Below are positions 28,701-36,810 of a stretch of 64,000 nucleotides of DNA, piece by piece. The notes beneath the pieces were generated by a model. The model worked only from the letters and a program-made list of their open reading frames with translations. It was not told the DNA's origin and did not search any database. Every line of letters begins with the position of its first letter. The first letter of the stretch is position 1. Source of the stretch: a virus; IMG/VR virus record IMGVR_UViG_3300025316_000011, positions 17,023 to 81,022 of that record, one strand, 5' to 3'. Made by a program: the position numbers and the translations under genes.

Positions 28701-31700
28701 TACGCAGGATGATATAATTTGATTCAGAAATAATGGCAACAGGGTCATATTGGATAATGAGTTTCTGTCTCATTGTCCCTTTCTCATATATGTTCTTTGC
28801 GGTAGCCATGTTCCCAAAGACTACTTTCCCCTCCATTTTGCCAATCAACTCACTGACGGGGATATACTTTGTCCTGCCGTCCTGGTTTTTACCCGTAACA
28901 GAATAAACTTTATAATCATCTCCCAACGGGATATTGTTGGATAATACCACAGGGTCATTTGAGAACTTACCCCGGCCTTCGGTGATTAAGTCTTTTAAGG
29001 CGGCATTATGATCTTCTGAAAGTCCTTTATGTGGTTGGTCAAGCATCATAAGATACCTGAACTTTTCAGGTAATTCTCCCGTCTCATTAACCGATTTCTC
29101 TATTTCGGCAAATGCCTTTTCTGATAACCGGCTCCCCGTGGATCTCTTTAACTGATCGAGAAATTCAGCTTTCTTTGCTCCGTCTTTAAATGTGAATCTG
29201 ACGGATAGCACATCATTCATCGTCACCTTATTCCCTAACGGGTCGGTCATATCCTGACTACGCAGATACACCAATTCGGGATTAAAATAGGCTGAAAGTG
29301 CATGGATATGCTTTGTGATGTCCTGTTTGGTAGTATGATCTTCGGCAGATACATCGCTGCCAAAAGTGTAATGAGTGTAAGCGTATGATTCCCCTGTTTC
29401 AGCGAATGCCGAGGTTTTCCCCTTTGCTACCTTCCCTACGGGTTTGGGAACATATTTATCCCTGTGGTTAGTGTCAATGTAGCTGATACCGCTTATATCC
29501 ATTTTTGACGGCTTCAATAACGGGTCGTCAATGTTAATGGCTTTAACTTCTGCTTCTGTGTCAGCTACCACAACTTTCAACGATATCCCGTCTTTGCCTA
29601 CCGATACTATACGGGCATATCCTTTTGGGTCAATGGTTTTAAATACATCTCCTGCCGTTGGTTTTACGGTAACAGGTAATATCTGGTCGGGGTCAGTTTT
29701 TCCCTTTACAGGTTCTACGGGTTTTACCCCCGTAGTCTGATCTCCTGTAACAGTCCTTAGTCTGTCAATTTCCCTGTCGTAGTACCGTTTGAGCAGGTCG
29801 TCCGGCAGTTGGGCCGGAGTTTCAACCCATGAGACATCTTCTTTACGGCCTTTGTTGAGATCGTCAGCTTTTCTATCCGGGAGTGCGACAAAATCACTTG
29901 CTCTGCCGGTGGCGGTATAGTAATCTGCATCGTTGCCATTCCTCTCAAAGCCGATATATACCTTCTTAAAAATACTGCCACGTATGGATTTCGGAGTTTC
30001 GCCATTGTCTTGTATGTCTTTATCGAGAACGAAAATGTTAGGATTCTTCTTTTCTTCTTCCGTCAAATCTTCGTAATCCAACGGATTAAGGATAAGTGCC
30101 TTTTCCCCTGATGGGTCGGCATAAAAAGCATCAACAACACCTTTGGCATCTTTAAAATACTGGATACCATTACCGTTTTCATCTACAAATCCGTTTGGCA
30201 TGGCATCACCTATACCCCTAAACACATCATGGAGTACATTTACCAATGGGTTGTTATTGTTCTTCCTTTCGGTAAGGGTTAATGACTTTGCTCCTACCTT
30301 TGAGATATTGTCCGTCCCCTGACGGATATCACCCAAAAACAGGATGGTCCCTGATTTACCAAAATGGTTTTTAATCAGGATAATGTCATTGTCTGATAAC
30401 CGCTGTGATTCGTCAATAATGATATGGTCCGCACGTTTTACACGTTCGATAAGGTCGGGACTATTCAGTACGTCCTCTAACCGCAGATATTCAGGCTTAA
30501 TGCCTGATAACCCTTCACCAAGCGATTTCTCATTGCCTACCGATACTCCAATGGCAACAACGTCTTTGGAAAATGGTTCTTCTGAATAGTACGAATGAAG
30601 GTCGTAAAGTCCTTTTAAGAATGATGTGCTTTTTCCCGTCCCGCTATCTCCACCGATAAAAATGGAGTTATCCATAAAGACACGGTTCATGGCATCAACT
30701 TCGGCCTGTATCCCTACCCCTTTCCATGTGGTAAGGTATTTGGATTCCGCTTCAACAACTTTACCGAGTATTTTGTGTGCATTGCCATTATCATTCACCA
30801 TAAAGGAAAAGGCAAGGCTTTGCGCTCCCTGAATCAACGGGTCAACGCTTTCACCTGTTTCGGTAAATGCTTTAAGCCTTGCTAACTCCATGCTCTTTGC
30901 ATGAACGCCAAAAGTCTCAATGAGTGAATTTATGGTGTTGATATAGCCTACGCTTGTCCCGCCTTTGCGCGTTAAATAATCATCTCCCGGTTTTAACTGA
31001 TACAGGGCATCAAGTGACGATTTGTATTCTTTGTTATCGTAAAATTGGGTATTCAGGTAGGTATCTTCAATACCCTGCATGTGACGATGCAATACAAGGT
31101 CGCTAATAAATGCTTCAAATTCTGGACTGTCAATAATCTTGTCCTGTAACTCAAACAGTCTTGATTTTATCTCTACAATCTGGCGGTTGGCTTCATGTAA
31201 CTTTTTACGTTCCCCGTCAGATAAGGTATATTTCATTTCCTTCCATGCTTCGGGAATGGATGGAATAGCCTTTACCAAGTCATTATATTCCGGCATAACG
31301 GAAACAATACCCTGTGCTATATTTTCTAAATCCCGCTTCGCTTTGTCAATACCCTGGATAAAGTATTTGTCGTTGTGGTTGTTTAACTTACTTTCATTAA
31401 GATCATCATACAACCTTAATATCGAATAATACCTATTGAGTAAGTTCAAATGCTTATTTCCCTGATCTTCCGATAAGGTAATGTCGTTTGGGGATAAATG
31501 AGGTTTCAGTTCGTCTTTTGCGCCAAGCAGATAGGCTGACCGAACAATCATTTTATTCTTTTCTACCTTGTCTTGTAAATCCTTAATCTTTTGACGGATA
31601 ACGGTAGGTTCGGAAGTGTCGGAAAACGACATATTGCTAATGGATAACGGATTATCACTGGTAATATCGTTAGCAATATCACCACTAAGCATGTCGCTGA

Positions 31701-34404
31701 TAACCTTTTCCTTGTCGGTAGATAAAAGGTTCTGTTTGTTTTCAAATAAGTTTTCTGTGCCTTCGTATGCTTTGGATAATCCGGCAACATAACCAACATC
31801 GGAATCGGAAAGTACGGGAGCAAACTTCTGCCTGTCTCCCGCCTCCGTAACCAATTTCCCCTTTAAGTCGAGAAATTCATTTTGTAAGTCCAACTGCCGG
31901 GACATATCAATTTTACTTGATACATCATTTATCATCCCGGTAATCTTTCGTACACTGTTTAACCTTTCAACATCATCGGTTAATTTACCGGCACCCCTTA
32001 TTTCTTCCCGTATCTGTTGGACAACGGGAGTTAATGCCTGTTCCTCTGATATAGCCTTCTGGTTGAACTCTTTTCTGCGGGCAATCTCTTTGTCCACATC
32101 GGTAGAGAAAACCTTACTTGCCTCATAGGAACGATTGAGGTTATCATCTTTCAGGTTAGCTTCAAACTTATCCCGCCATGCTTTGGATTTACGGTTTTCT
32201 TCCGTTATGGGATTTGTGTTCCCTACCGAATTACGGTAATCTTCATCGGTTTTGTCAATCACCGCACCCAACGAGATATGATTTGACTTTACAAGGTCGT
32301 TATATGCCTTGGAGAAATCCGTTCCGTCCTCTTTGGTGGTAATGTCTTTTATCCTTTGTTTGGCGGTTTCCTGCTGTTCCTGAATAGCTTTTATCTTTTC
32401 AGGGTCGGATTCCGTCTTTAATGCTTCATTCCCCGATTCAATGGTTTTGCCATTAACAATGACATCACGTAGTAACCCGATATTGTTACCAAAGTTTGAC
32501 CTTATGGCAGGGTCGGCATACATATTGGAAATCTGATCGGTATATTGAAGTTCCTGAACAAACGCCTGATAACGGGATTCATTTTCCGTCATGGCATCGC
32601 TGCCTTCGGTAATTGGGTTCCCGTCTTTGTCATGCGTTTCCCTGCCAAAGAAACTTTTATTCTTTAAGTCCTCCGATATTTTCAGGGCATCCTGTGTCTT
32701 ACCTGATGCAGAAATGTTCTCCATGGTAATGTCAGGCATCTTTGAAAACAGTCCCGGAGAATCAAAAGGTTTCCCCCTTAACGTCTCTACCCCTTTTCTT
32801 GCGGCACCTTCGATTGGAGAATAAAGTAATCCGCTGAAAAACCCACTGACGTAACTTGACATCATCTTATTCGGTAAGCGGTCAATTACGTTTGATATGA
32901 AACTCTTGTTGGCATCGTATTTATCAAACTGGCCTTTTCCCGGTGCTGCGTTTGGGTTCTTCGATAATGCACGTAAGTCATTTAATGTCTGTACCCCGGC
33001 TTCTACTGCTGTACCTGATGCCATCATGGTTCCCATCCCGTGTGCGCCAAGTAATAACTTCCCAACGGGTGTCCCGATACCTTTGACAAAACGAAGTTTA
33101 AGTTCAGGAGATAATAGAGCAAAATCAGTACCCCATTTAAGACCGTAACTTTTCATCTCGTTTGAAATGAGTTTAGTTGTCTGTGCCTTTAATTCGGCAC
33201 CCATAAGTCCTTTCGATAAGAACGTTGGCCCCGTCATAAAAGCGGTTGCGCCAAAAGCGGGTCCGGCTAACATCACCTGCCATGCTAAATCAGCGGGGTC
33301 AACCCCATTTTCTTTTCCCGCTTCGGTATATGAATCCATCCCCATTCCGGTAAATAAGGCAAAGGTGGCGGCACCATGCGCTGATGCTTCCGCTGCCATC
33401 CCCGAACCAAACATACCTGATGCTTCCATTGCTCCCCCTGCACCACGGGTAAGCAGCACAATAGGGATAAGTGACCCTATGGAATATGCTGCGGCTGAAA
33501 ACGAAGAAAACATACTCCCCTGCGCTTCCATGCCAACGGGAATCTGACTACGTTTACTTAAATTCTGAAATACCCTGCCTTCACGTTCTAACCATGAGTT
33601 ACTGTCTTTTCCCGTGGTCATAAAGTCAATGAACTTATTGCTCTGTTCCATGACGGAACCTACCATAGATTGAACACCTACAAGTCCATTATATACCCCT
33701 TTGAGTAGCGCACCATACCAGTTCTCCGTCATTGACTGCGGTCCCCATGAGGATGCTATCTGACTACGAAGGACCTTTGGGTCGTCTGCCGCCACGTTAC
33801 GGTAAATGGAGTTTCCGTACTCATCCTGGTCTATGATACGTACCTTTGATGGGTCGTCTCCCTGTAACAACGGAGCCAATGAAGGAATAAGTGGTGAACC
33901 AATGCCAATAGGGACATTGGCTAACTTCTGTAAAAACCCCGGAGGAGAGTAGGGTACTTTCTTCCCGTCGGTGTCAACGACAAAACCTTTTGAAGCTGCC
34001 AACTCGTCACGGGTAGCGATAATCCTACCGTATTTGTCAACCCCTTCCGGCATCCCACCTGTGACGCTTTCATCGTATTCGGGTGTCTTTAATTCAGGTT
34101 TGTCGTATTGCCAGAAAGGGGCTACGCTGCCATTGTATTTAGTGGTAGCATATCCTCCGTAGGAATCATGTGCCTTTTGGTAAACTTCGTGGAATTTGTC
34201 TTTAGTGATACCTTCGAGCATCCCTCCTTTTGAGGCATATTTCTCGAAAGACTTGTCCTCCGGCAAAAGGGTAAAAGTGTAACCATTTTCCCGTGCATGA
34301 GTAGCCATGTCCTCATGGGTAAAACCTCCGGCAAACATCGGGAGGAAATCTCTTTTTTCAACTTCTTTTTTTTCAGGAGTTATGGTAGGTTGAGTATCTT
34401 CCAC
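19750..34404 (-). CDS. giant polyvalent virion cargo/ejection protein (4884 aa)
   Basis: hydrophobic G/A-rich N-region; SF1 helicase motifs GGDSGTGKST, IIIDESQR, LFLGDIRQ, YTATGRA; zincin motifs HEFFH and HELQH; EIQSDWGQ module. Confidence 0.85.
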   Translation of the reverse strand: MEDTQPTITPEKKEVEKRDFLPMFAGGFTHEDMATHARENGYTFTLLPEDKSFEKYASKGGMLEGITKDKFHEVYQKAHDSYGGYATTKYNGSVAPFWQYDKPELKTPEYDESVTGGMPEGVDKYGRIIATRDELAASKGFVVDTDGKKVPYSPPGFLQKLANVPIGIGSPLIPSLAPLLQGDDPSKVRIIDQDEYGNSIYRNVAADDPKVLRSQIASSWGPQSMTENWYGALLKGVYNGLVGVQSMVGSVMEQSNKFIDFMTTGKDSNSWLEREGRVFQNLSKRSQIPVGMEAQGSMFSSFSAAAYSIGSLIPIVLLTRGAGGAMEASGMFGSGMAAEASAHGAATFALFTGMGMDSYTEAGKENGVDPADLAWQVMLAGPAFGATAFMTGPTFLSKGLMGAELKAQTTKLISNEMKSYGLKWGTDFALLSPELKLRFVKGIGTPVGKLLLGAHGMGTMMASGTAVEAGVQTLNDLRALSKNPNAAPGKGQFDKYDANKSFISNVIDRLPNKMMSSYVSGFFSGLLYSPIEGAARKGVETLRGKPFDSPGLFSKMPDITMENISASGKTQDALKISEDLKNKSFFGRETHDKDGNPITEGSDAMTENESRYQAFVQELQYTDQISNMYADPAIRSNFGNNIGLLRDVIVNGKTIESGNEALKTESDPEKIKAIQEQQETAKQRIKDITTKEDGTDFSKAYNDLVKSNHISLGAVIDKTDEDYRNSVGNTNPITEENRKSKAWRDKFEANLKDDNLNRSYEASKVFSTDVDKEIARRKEFNQKAISEEQALTPVVQQIREEIRGAGKLTDDVERLNSVRKITGMINDVSSKIDMSRQLDLQNEFLDLKGKLVTEAGDRQKFAPVLSDSDVGYVAGLSKAYEGTENLFENKQNLLSTDKEKVISDMLSGDIANDITSDNPLSISNMSFSDTSEPTVIRQKIKDLQDKVEKNKMIVRSAYLLGAKDELKPHLSPNDITLSEDQGNKHLNLLNRYYSILRLYDDLNESKLNNHNDKYFIQGIDKAKRDLENIAQGIVSVMPEYNDLVKAIPSIPEAWKEMKYTLSDGERKKLHEANRQIVEIKSRLFELQDKIIDSPEFEAFISDLVLHRHMQGIEDTYLNTQFYDNKEYKSSLDALYQLKPGDDYLTRKGGTSVGYINTINSLIETFGVHAKSMELARLKAFTETGESVDPLIQGAQSLAFSFMVNDNGNAHKILGKVVEAESKYLTTWKGVGIQAEVDAMNRVFMDNSIFIGGDSGTGKSTSFLKGLYDLHSYYSEEPFSKDVVAIGVSVGNEKSLGEGLSGIKPEYLRLEDVLNSPDLIERVKRADHIIIDESQRLSDNDIILIKNHFGKSGTILFLGDIRQGTDNISKVGAKSLTLTERKNNNNPLVNVLHDVFRGIGDAMPNGFVDENGNGIQYFKDAKGVVDAFYADPSGEKALILNPLDYEDLTEEEKKNPNIFVLDKDIQDNGETPKSIRGSIFKKVYIGFERNGNDADYYTATGRASDFVALPDRKADDLNKGRKEDVSWVETPAQLPDDLLKRYYDREIDRLRTVTGDQTTGVKPVEPVKGKTDPDQILPVTVKPTAGDVFKTIDPKGYARIVSVGKDGISLKVVVADTEAEVKAINIDDPLLKPSKMDISGISYIDTNHRDKYVPKPVGKVAKGKTSAFAETGESYAYTHYTFGSDVSAEDHTTKQDITKHIHALSAYFNPELVYLRSQDMTDPLGNKVTMNDVLSVRFTFKDGAKKAEFLDQLKRSTGSRLSEKAFAEIEKSVNETGELPEKFRYLMMLDQPHKGLSEDHNAALKDLITEGRGKFSNDPVVLSNNIPLGDDYKVYSVTGKNQDGRTKYIPVSELIGKMEGKVVFGNMATAKNIYEKGTMRQKLIIQYDPVAIISESNYIILRTLKMSEVAAAEGKSIADILKAWKDTDTYLTQNGEMDGTMLFNFIHNNRAQFKNKEIGKIIGDFGKWEYDTAAAGYRLKLKKEFANKEGYAKMFDRIIERSSELGNVELPFDKAYGLSDILSGRAGTFLTNTLDLLPHTSVFINDIKPGEVVQAGPESNPPVTFGKGEGSAEEAINFVNQEKEKIKADKNEKVPAKEYKEFVDNNVVSDKRLNTIADKLFAGETLTTREQSIRAARTSEVESLLQDRKNDSENISEEQFPQWAVESKYATPNDLIAAYDQVVLTSQSGLQPWQERLEAEQFSYKSYVRFGDENTLKVEQKSGRKKGQFKKKHPIEKNWLLDKSNDTNLKGIDLFVNEENEGYNSNITPDDVIDFINSNPDKSVFKDKVPEIQKEISRKYKEKTGMSINEGKKRIKAAYAEIPDFATLDTFVKHNGIDISTATKEELLSSIEANKDQFQGFPFSEESYNNLYKYLSDEKTVLEVYPKSNLGNEGGAPADGNGEENGPIFEESRETDTRRISRETLNTWLDSNVHPDIAADIRESLDKHGIGFLNIDGKQVFGYLHNGRIRLEMQRDGIVYTSPKHEFFHMVYNYFLDEPSKGIIMNESKTAMKRYSPQWRGKKITDLQAEEWIAHYIGKTGIEKPFEKKEKSPWYTPKGIFQAFMDMVNKMFGRYQPDMKHIDNLIYDIDHGRFKDQMPDLSRKATRTELDPSKEVNKVLTNIEHHAMDEFGGGKPYHDLFLDRYFKKSIGEKAIDLNGTDYHLYSAKDRQEYVEGFDKYQSWLKGIADMPKNVAIGELEKIGVRNPGEFYDSITDNMFVRSFRGNSLISETDPKTVEFLQDEFKRLPEDLQSKYAYQILLTNGLESKQGSAINIIPKEFYDKPNGLHEQSTAFGRYLDGIGNDQNEYSRLSTEMKAYAGGEGYKRYPHGGFDSEKTTTDGTMSNTSTVKPLSPYLDVINGFYSPVEKAVLDIKAEKLTGNKWLEQLRSRGVKGDELTYTGLDDMLKANPSKTFSRGEIQQWMKDNRIDIREVSKGDNEVKLQEEYDLIINAKNAIFSRVERDSNYTHFADEIWGDVDHFIKNGGEKPTYIPEKAFDQLVKLELRNNEIRTKLTSKEEREKSQTKYSAYQLPGDKENYKEVLITLPPKEPTTDELQQMAFVQYNVPYDELNDAQQRNTRSYVLASRDFYYRSSHFDEHNILAHLRLSTRVDVNGKKVLFVDEIQSDWGQKGKKEGFKEPNSITELPTGFIVEPPTKFEDYWKITAPKGYDRATQDFVFDSGNTKEEAIKNALETLNKDANKSKHTHAPFVTETTAWTKLGLKVALKQAIKEGAESISWTTGEQQNERYDLSKKINEIHYSGSNLKAYDHDGNTVIERTGVQPKDLPDIIGKDVAEKLMAQEPKGTLRSLTGQDIKVGGKGMIGFYGSPAEGKLGIVGQVAEGLWGKGSVKTKDIGTKRLINENDFTDSFVVKSPHTGDYQLRAWNDDVLSTIPIDVGNQLSKEAIQKTLQEIAIESERKINGSTTQHSIDITPKMRDEVAQGLPLFQKPIDLNKIQDNRVVQQSFEILLDKIKGQFEQLNFIKEDSDSLREKGISPTARGYVDGQGIHYNIDKVTSSTGVHELQHIWNAVYKSRNPEKYAEFENYVKDAISQGGNDVAKLSEQIKITYPELDGQQHIDEVMATMGGFTSIPAVERFLRESDSKIPETDKTFATRIYENVKRYVTELWNGLKGILGLKDGFDIGNPDLEKFFKDFTNQVLKGDKFTFTPDEMKVIDKMGKAESRSAKMPVLDISDLTLHLASDHADSLRFSKLTPEEVTDEIFNEVKKTGVNARGNYYYNEGTHQTVFPADKYDTDEKLKEAIHNQVTPKYPMIDGKVPELIQNFISFANTPIGLSATHNSKQATISDIASTVGLKDYNPQVLKTLINLLGIEQGAMDVVRYSQLPEHADPRFRSLYKDDLKGYDPIVVVHGFDKNGKADVSIFDVTSYGQGTDAVIGRQRNILGDIMDDKKYRKLGGPAEYNDSMYSYRKLMIGMQALGMDATFRKLSVIETRKNSVKPYQVNSIEDIGKILDILKAQPEFMDMVGSITIRGIIQNKRIENDKLRTPFINQLSEYLSNQEEMMDPYEEFDTKRESVVARRDLLTKGSKQAKIKALTEWQRVLDHKIGSDTEKFADPIYQLVSATLDELKRPGTGFGHIETANQIADIKGGGLENIPSPLVQRSSFIQASAGAMQMSIERTVSAYWKYHEKIFPLLEKVVAQHGIKAQPFVGTAGNLYFDHLYKDMDVVAGKDLTYGGKSYKKGDKVTVRGTVLHMDKNDPETKPLYDKGKITDADLELTNAMYDEMRKRTIADIYWQHQFTEIGSEHDDLNISEFTWEDAEQQFNDMNSRAPKGHIPVIDKSANEMLMQGKFKEGLKKYFDNIQAPDQIFTDVTKDKSMTKLFSSINQQMLDPSKTHEKIGLVEVRDGNTSHFELFDPDLNEKASHDIEKIGNYFMLKGIRDEMIGNEFLPEYNTQMALMTGWENSNNVNLRHTREFMEEYFNRYVNKQNADKRDNGGTIDVPLIGPVETADVANTAMRGMTNILLMYRFVTAPKVLIAGAFKSTVNAIAQSAANIGMPEELRSEILPTMADHLKAAGKMFSNRRKVWAIARKFHYWNQTEDSLLHSPMENLSVKKNALSAAWGMLPDNSVDQTMRVHSLVSQLIHNGAWEAYSVDAKSGDLAWDRFKDKRYFNSDGSQSAKQKAMYNALTERLKSQGEMSDSDIIPDRGDDWDIVNNHYKWYASQFVYVGIDDATKALMTNGWKGKMVGMFRMFMMPHLNNLGVNAKTGETIGGGRWVPYLDEEGNTMTKWEMNIMEGHFQSWRHVIHDLRDFKNMKDPLKYWQSLPTHRRINLGRSLVYAGALAGLVYFIGTLTKKDQQKYSYLYSELMLGYASEEWMKNPIPILGTTLRLTEVGLGQKKFSVLAGTLGVYGGYKRAVALTTP

Positions 34405-34415
34405 GGTAGTTTAGT

Positions 34416-36308
34416 TTAATATTTGCCTTGGTTACTGTATTGGTCCATTGCTTGCTGCTTGGCCTTTCTTTCTGCTTCATCTCTTGCCTCAATCGCACGT
34501 TGTGTACCCTTGGCATATTCTTTGTTTTCAAACTGAATAAGCGTTTCCGGCTTTACTGGCATATCCAACGGAATGATCTTATATTCCTGTTTGCCTTTTT
34601 TACCTCCGGCAAATTCATCGTACCATACTGATTCATATTGCCCTTTGTCAACACCTGATTCTATGTTTACTCCCTGAATGCGTTTAAGGTTTTTAAAGAA
34701 AGGACTATCCGCAGGGACAGCCATACGGACCCTTACGGTAGGAACCACGGCACGCCTTAAATTATCAATAGGCTTTTTTACGTCCATAAGGTCAAGGGTC
34801 TTTCCCCCGTCTTTTGATTCAGGTATGAAGTTTTCCTGAACCTCCCCTGAAATCCCTACAATACGGGCATGGGAACCTTCAAAGATAGACATGGAATTTG
34901 GTGCGCCATCGGGAGAATAAAAGAAGTTCATACCCTTTGAGAAATAGTCAGGCATGATACCCCCTTCATGGGTCATAAATGAAGTTGCATTGTTATTAAA
35001 CTCTGTGATGTTACTCAATGGGACTTCCCAACGATTAAGTTGTAATTCTTCCTTTGTCTTTACGTCAACAAACTTTTCAGTTCCTCCAGAAGGTCTTAAT
35101 GTTCCACCTTCCTTATATGCTATTTCAGATGGTCCTGACGGTTTTGATTCACCTGTAAGTATTTTAGTAAAACCACCCTTAACTACGTTTCCTTCTCCCG
35201 TCCCTGCATCTTTAACTTTGATATGTTCGGTAGCATCCGTTACGGTTGTTCTGCCGGGAATTTCAGATAATATAAGGTCTTTACCGTAACCCTTAATCAT
35301 ATCGTTTAACCGTTCCTTTTCGTTACGGTCAAGTTTCTGCATATTCAAAAGTTTGGAAACGATACCGGATTCTTCTTTGTTGAAGGTAAAAACCCCTTTA
35401 TCGTTATCCATCGAGAACCCTATATTGCCATCCTTTGTCTGCCTTGCATGGAGTAGTTTCTCATAGAATTTACTTGTAAGGTCAAGTCGGGCAGGTTCCG
35501 TCATGTTTTCCATCATGTTATTCGCTGCATCCCTCAACTTATGTGCATCGGTGCTGCGAGTAAGTACGTTGATATAACTCATGTTTTCAGTTCCATAGAC
35601 GGGAATTACTACCTGCGGTGCATAAGTTACTTTACCATTGGCATCGGTAACGGGAATAGGTACAGATTCTTTACTTTTACCTGCTTTACCATATTCTTTA
35701 TCAACAAACTTATTCCATGAACCTGTGTAGTTGATTTTGGTATCTAATCCCGTGTGAACAGGCATACCTGACTTTTCCCCCGGTGCATAATCAAAACCTC
35801 TTACCGCTTCGATATGGGTAAGCCATCCTGGACCTCCCTCTTTGTCCCCAATGACAGGCATATAAACACCGTTATCATCGGTAAGTGCGATACTGTTTGC
35901 GGTGCTTTCATCTCCACCTTCTACAAGGGCTTTTTCGTAACCTTTGGACTGAATGTAGTTTTGCTTATACAGGCTGGATTCCGCCTGTAACTTCATTTTC
36001 TGCTGGTCAATATCCATCAATTCCTTGTTCCACTCCCGCTGCATATCGGATGAAGGGATATTCTGTGACTTGGAGAAGTATTCCATCATCTTACTCCTAA
36101 GACCTTGTTCCCGTCCCGATAAGGATGATTGCTTTTCAAGGTAATACATTTTCTGACCGGGAAGCATATCTTCGTCAGCATGTTCCTCTTTGTATTGTTC
36201 CTTTTGGTAAAAGTCAGGCTGTGATGATTGCCTTAACTGCTTCATCTCGTCAGCCTGACCTTCTACCTGTGGATTTCGCTGCGGAGCCGGGAGTACCTGC
36301 CATGCCAT
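34416..36308 (-). CDS. putative virion cargo protein
   Basis: 630 aa with N-terminal coiled coil, immediately upstream of the giant protein. Confidence 0.6.
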   Translation of the reverse strand: MAWQVLPAPQRNPQVEGQADEMKQLRQSSQPDFYQKEQYKEEHADEDMLPGQKMYYLEKQSSLSGREQGLRSKMMEYFSKSQNIPSSDMQREWNKELMDIDQQKMKLQAESSLYKQNYIQSKGYEKALVEGGDESTANSIALTDDNGVYMPVIGDKEGGPGWLTHIEAVRGFDYAPGEKSGMPVHTGLDTKINYTGSWNKFVDKEYGKAGKSKESVPIPVTDANGKVTYAPQVVIPVYGTENMSYINVLTRSTDAHKLRDAANNMMENMTEPARLDLTSKFYEKLLHARQTKDGNIGFSMDNDKGVFTFNKEESGIVSKLLNMQKLDRNEKERLNDMIKGYGKDLILSEIPGRTTVTDATEHIKVKDAGTGEGNVVKGGFTKILTGESKPSGPSEIAYKEGGTLRPSGGTEKFVDVKTKEELQLNRWEVPLSNITEFNNNATSFMTHEGGIMPDYFSKGMNFFYSPDGAPNSMSIFEGSHARIVGISGEVQENFIPESKDGGKTLDLMDVKKPIDNLRRAVVPTVRVRMAVPADSPFFKNLKRIQGVNIESGVDKGQYESVWYDEFAGGKKGKQEYKIIPLDMPVKPETLIQFENKEYAKGTQRAIEARDEAERKAKQQAMDQYSNQGKY

Positions 36309-36323
36309 ATTCCGAAGTGTTAA

Positions 36324-36740
36324 TTAGTTCTTTAACGATAATGGTTTTTCACCTTTAATGGCTTTGGCTTTTTCCTCTACTTTGAATTTTAATGATTGTG
36401 TTTCTTCTGCGGTCGGGGTGCATTTGCCTAAGATAAGAGCATAACGGATACATGGATAATCAATACCATCCATGATAACATACTCTGTCCCACGTTCGAG
36501 GATTTCCCCCGGAAGATAAACAATATCCCCTTTTTTAATGTCCATGTCGTATTTGATACCTCCATTCATGTAGTAAGGAGAAACATACATTACTAATCCC
36601 CGATAGGGATGATCTTTGAAATTACCCTTTGATGCGTAAGGCAGTTGAGTATTAGGATTGATAAGTGGGCTTGATGTTGTTGGTTCGGTGTATATGGGTT
36701 TCACCACTACGTAACCATTTAAAGGCTGATACTCTGTCAT
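36324..36740 (-). CDS. groES: GroES-like co-chaperonin
   Basis: YQPLNGYVVVKP...GLVMYVSP...DIKKGDIVY...GTEY..DGIDY..IR...ILG. Confidence 0.8.
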   Translation of the reverse strand: MTEYQPLNGYVVVKPIYTEPTTSSPLINPNTQLPYASKGNFKDHPYRGLVMYVSPYYMNGGIKYDMDIKKGDIVYLPGEILERGTEYVIMDGIDYPCIRYALILGKCTPTAEETQSLKFKVEEKAKAIKGEKPLSLKN

Positions 36741-36763
36741 ATTTCTTTAGTTTTATGTTGCTG

Positions 36764-36798
36764 CAAATATATACTTTTACTATATTAAAGTCAACAAA
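36764..36798 (-). promoter_or_regulatory. Bacteroidota promoter for groES/cargo genes
   Basis: minus strand TTG-20nt-TATATTTGCA. Confidence 0.75.
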
Positions 36799-36810
36799 GT
36801 TAGAAAATAA

